Positions 59,583-64,000 of a stretch of DNA of 64,000 bases are shown here, in pieces. Each line of letters starts with the position of its first letter. The first letter of the stretch is position 1. The translations under genes and the position numbers were made by a program. The stretch comes from an uncultured Oscillospiraceae bacterium. Lineage in GTDB: Bacteria > Bacillota > Clostridia > UBA1212 > UBA1255. The DNA is taken from positions 108,404 to 172,403 of the forward strand of contig CABROF010000001.1 in the NCBI GenBank assembly GCA_902472555.1, given 5' to 3'. A model generated the notes under the pieces. That model made no database searches. It was not told where the DNA came from and was given only the letters and a program-made list of their open reading frames with translations.

Positions 59583-60067
59583 TTTAAATCATCCTCCTGT
59601 GGTCATTTTCCGCAATTACTATTTTATAGCTTTTCTAATATTTAAAAGCATTTGCAGCATTCAATCAAACAAGGCCCCACCCTTTATTGATTGTCCTGAT
59701 TATACATTACATTGCACTTTATCGTCAAACAGTTATGCAGTTACAGTTAAAATTATAAAATTAAAAATTATACAGTTATGCACTTGTATGAAATCTATAC
59801 AGTGAAATACAGTTATAATAGTTAAATTATATATGAGAGTTATATCGCCGCTAATATCAAATTTAAATTCGAAACGCAATACGAATCTGCAGATATCAGA
59901 CCTTATGGACAGCTAAGAGTCTGAGAGGGCAAAATATAAAAAAATAGTTCCAGTCCTATTTAGTTCTTTTTTATAATATAACTTATTTTTCAGTAAATCA
60001 TGGACTATGGTAAAATTTCAGCAGGATTCAAATCTTGTTGTCTGTTAAAATACAAACAGATGCTAAA

Positions 60068-60100
60068 AGTCCCCTGCTTTTCAGCAAGGGGACTTTTAGT
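60068..60100. terminator. Intrinsic terminator downstream of gdhA (works in either direction)
   Basis: AAAAGTCCCCTGCttttcaGCAAGGGGACTTTT: GC stem flanked by A- and T-runs. Confidence 0.6.
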
Positions 60101-60142
60101 GATCTTCAAATAGTTATGAAATAAGAAAAATGCTAAATTTAT

Positions 60143-61480
<1,338 letters not shown>

Positions 61481-61635
61481 CTAAACAACACCCCTAAACC
61501 TGAATTAACTAAACTCTATTGTTCAACGAACTTTATTATTTTACCATATGCCTTCCTGACACGCAACATAAAAATTACAAAAATTTGAGTATATAAACCA
61601 TGAAATTATTTTTAATTAACTGTAAAATCCACCTT

Positions 61636-62472
61636 TTAATATAAAAAAGAAAATAATTCCCCGGGAAATGGTCTGTATCTATTTTTAAAAGGTTTATAAG
61701 AAAATTGATTTACGATCTGAATAATAACTGTGTAGCTTAAGCCCAAAATTCTTGCCGTCTGTTTCATTTTTATTCCCATAAACGACAGTATTTTCAATAT
61801 CACATAATCTCTTTTGCCGCGTGGCATTTGTGTAATCTCATAGGGATGATCAACCTGTGCAATTTGCTTGATCAGCTTCACCGCTTTTATATCAGAAATA
61901 TGTTTTACCAAATCCTGCTCAAATTCATTTCTTTCATTCTCCGATATCTGGGTATCATATATAATAAGTTCATCTTTATTAAAAAGTGACAGCAGATACG
62001 ATGTATTAACAATTTCATCATTTTCGTTTAAATAGCCGCGATAGCTGCACCAAGTGTAATCCTCCGGCATGCGAATTCCGTTGATATCCAAAGGATTTTT
62101 ATGTATATAATTTACTGCTGCCTTCAGGTATTTGCTGTCATTAATTGGAATACTGGTAAAATGTCTTTCAAATAATCCGCCGCTCCGGTCATATTTTAGA
62201 GAATAATAAGTTGCATAGCTGCATAAAATTCTCTGCATAAGTTTTGAAAGGGGTTCTGTACTTTCAGTATTGTGAATCTCAATAATTAAATGTATATGAT
62301 TATTCATAAACACATAGCTTATCAAGTTAAATTTACATATCTCCCTATATTTTTTTATACAATTGAAAAGCCTTGCAAAATCTTCTCTTGATTCGAAAAT
62401 ATTTTGCTTATTCAGCCCTCTTGCAATCACGTGATAAATTCCCAATGTACTGACTTGTCGGACCTTTCTCAT
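61636..62472 (-). mobile_element. IS200/IS605-superfamily Y1 (HUH) transposase, RAYT-like long form
   Basis: 278 aa. HUH motif HIHLII, catalytic-Tyr context AVNYIHKNP, C-terminal HTH (ARILGLSYTVI). Sits in an AT-rich intergenic island. No second IS gene and no obvious terminal hairpins were found. Confidence 0.55.
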
Positions 62473-62692
62473 TTATCCATTCGCCTTTCAAGAATACTCT
62501 TTTTATATATTTTATCATATATTCCATAAAATTCAATTTGTTTCTTTCGACCTAATATCCATTTTTTCGACTTTTCCCTTCAAATAACAGTAAGCTCCCA
62601 CCTTAATCATCTCCAACAAACATGGAAATAGATCACTATTGTATGAAGGATCGGAGTCTTGTTATACTCCGATACATAGGAGGAAGATAATC

Positions 62693-64000
62693 ATGCAAAA
62701 TATGAATCATTTGTTTGAGCCAAATTTGATGGACAGCCAAAAAGATGAACAATTACCAGTTGCCGATGATAATAATATTATTGTTCCGGTGCTTGCTTTA
62801 AAAGGTATTACAATCTATCCGAATATATCTCTTACCTTTGATGTCGGGCGCAGCAAATCCGTAAACGCACTGGAATACGCACTGCACAATAATTTGGATA
62901 TTTTTTTAGTAAGCCAAAAAGATTATTCGATTGAAGAACCCCAAATTAAAGATGTTTACCAGATCGGTACAATATGTCATATTCAAGAATTCCATAAAAC
63001 AGACAGCAGCACAATCAAAATTGTAGTGCAGGGTCAGACTCGCGCTAAAATACTCGCTAATATCCAAAAGGATCCTTTTATATTAGTTAAAGTCCTCCCT
63101 ATTAATGACGAAGAAAATGATGACACTGACAAAAATTACAATATTGCCTTGGTTCAGCAAATCATGGCTAAATTAAACGAATACACGGATATAATCCCTA
63201 AAGAAAGTATCATGAAACAACATGATTTTTTATCGCTTACAGAATATGCAAAAATAAAGGATTATAAAAAATTCAGTTACGCAATTTCCAATTATCTTTC
63301 TGCTGATATTGGAATTAAACAGCGATTATTAGAGGCGAACGACCTAACAGAAAGGTTGGAGCTTGCATTATATACTTTATCCCGTGAGGTAGAAATAGAA
63401 CTATTAAATATTAAGATCAAGGAAAAAATTGAGTCAAATTTTACTCAGCAGCATAAAGAAATCTACCTTCGCGAACAGTTAAAAGTTATAAAAACCGAGC
63501 TTGGTGAGGATGAAAATACCGAGATCAGACTATATAAAGAGAAAATAGAGACTATCTCCTACCCTGCCATAGTAAAGAATTTTGTTCTGACACAAATTAA
63601 AAGGCTCGAAAAAATGTCTGCTATTTCAGGCATGGCAGAAGCAGCAATTATCAAAAACCATTTAGATTTTATTTTATCCCTGCCTTGGATTTTTTCTGAT
63701 CAAAAAGATCAGGAAAAGGTATCGGCAAGCAGCGAAAAAATACAAAGTAATATAAAAACAGCTGCCGAAATTTTAGAAAAAAATCACTTTGGTATGGAAA
63801 TTGTTAAAGAACGCATATTAGAATATGTTGCGATGCAAAATGCCGCTTCTATACAATCGCAGCCAATTCTATGCTTATACGGACCTCCCGGAGTAGGAAA
63901 AACCTCTGTTGCCGCTTCCATTGCCGAAGCGCTACATAAGAAATTTGTCAGAATCTCACTGGGCGGCATTCATGACGAAGCAGAACTCAGAGGTCATCGA
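62693..64000 (+). CDS. lon: Lon protease (endopeptidase La), N-terminal substrate-binding domain and start of the AAA+ module; truncated by the window end
   Basis: Hand translation from the ATG after GGAGGAAGATAATC: [31 protein letters not shown].. (Lon N-terminal domain) ..[11 protein letters not shown] (Walker A). Not in the ORF track because no stop is reached. Confidence 0.8.
   Translation, partial: MQNMNHLFEPNLMDSQKDEQLPVADDNNIIVPVLALKGITIYPNISLTFDVGRSKSVNALEYALHNNLDIFLVSQKDYSIEEPQIKDVYQIGTICHIQEFHKTDSSTIKIVVQGQTRAKILANIQKDPFILVKVLPINDEENDDTDKNYNIALVQQIMAKLNEYTDIIPKESIMKQHDFLSLTEYAKIKDYKKFSYAISNYLSADIGIKQRLLEANDLTERLELALYTLSREVEIELLNIKIKEKIESNFTQQHKEIYLREQLKVIKTELGEDENTEIRLYKEKIETISYPAIVKNFVLTQIKRLEKMSAISGMAEAAIIKNHLDFILSLPWIFSDQKDQEKVSASSEKIQSNIKTAAEILEKNHFGMEIVKERILEYVAMQNAASIQSQPILCLYGPPGVGKTSVAASIAEALHKKFVRISLGGIHDEAELRGHR

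Overview
This 64 kb window looks like a chromosomal segment of a moderately GC-rich (about 50-55% by eye) spore-forming Firmicute, probably Clostridia (Ruminococcaceae/Oscillospiraceae-like). Most genes are on the minus strand. Starts taken from the ORF track are the longest ORFs and often begin at non-ATG codons; non-CDS coordinates are good to about +/-2 nt.

Read from the left, the genes are: family II inorganic pyrophosphatase (partial), rapZ, murB, hprK, an OmpR-type two-component pair plus a membrane protein, a eukaryotic-type UDP-sugar pyrophosphorylase, an orphan metal-binding lipoprotein, coaD, rsmD, recG, rpmB, nth, a second two-component pair with htrA, ychF, and a Gfo/Idh/MocA oxidoreductase. 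Next comes the sepF/yggS division-cluster remnant, then ynbB, archaeal-type phosphoglycerate mutase, a homocysteine methyltransferase-domain protein, a GT2 glycosyltransferase, rluD, lspA, a peptide substrate-binding protein, pgeF, nfo, a GH25 lysozyme, and a gerA germinant-receptor operon in A-C-B order. A minus-strand purine block follows: hisH, purA, purB, purF, purC, a GuaA paralog with a decayed glutaminase domain, a CofE-like ligase, and canonical guaA. After larA the sequence becomes noticeably AT-richer and carries a TSCPD-domain gene, a GNAT acetyltransferase, argF, argD, argB, argC (no argJ), gdhA, an IS200/RAYT-like transposase and the 5' part of lon.

There is no CRISPR array, rRNA or tRNA, and no classic defence system visible. 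The two signals worth most attention are the guaA/cofE-like/pseudo-GATase guaA trio embedded in the pur block, and a recurring G-rich motif (consensus AAGGGTRGGRRCYTGTTT) found in nine 5' leaders (10 of its 12 copies within about 130 nt of a start codon), including a tandem array upstream of purC.
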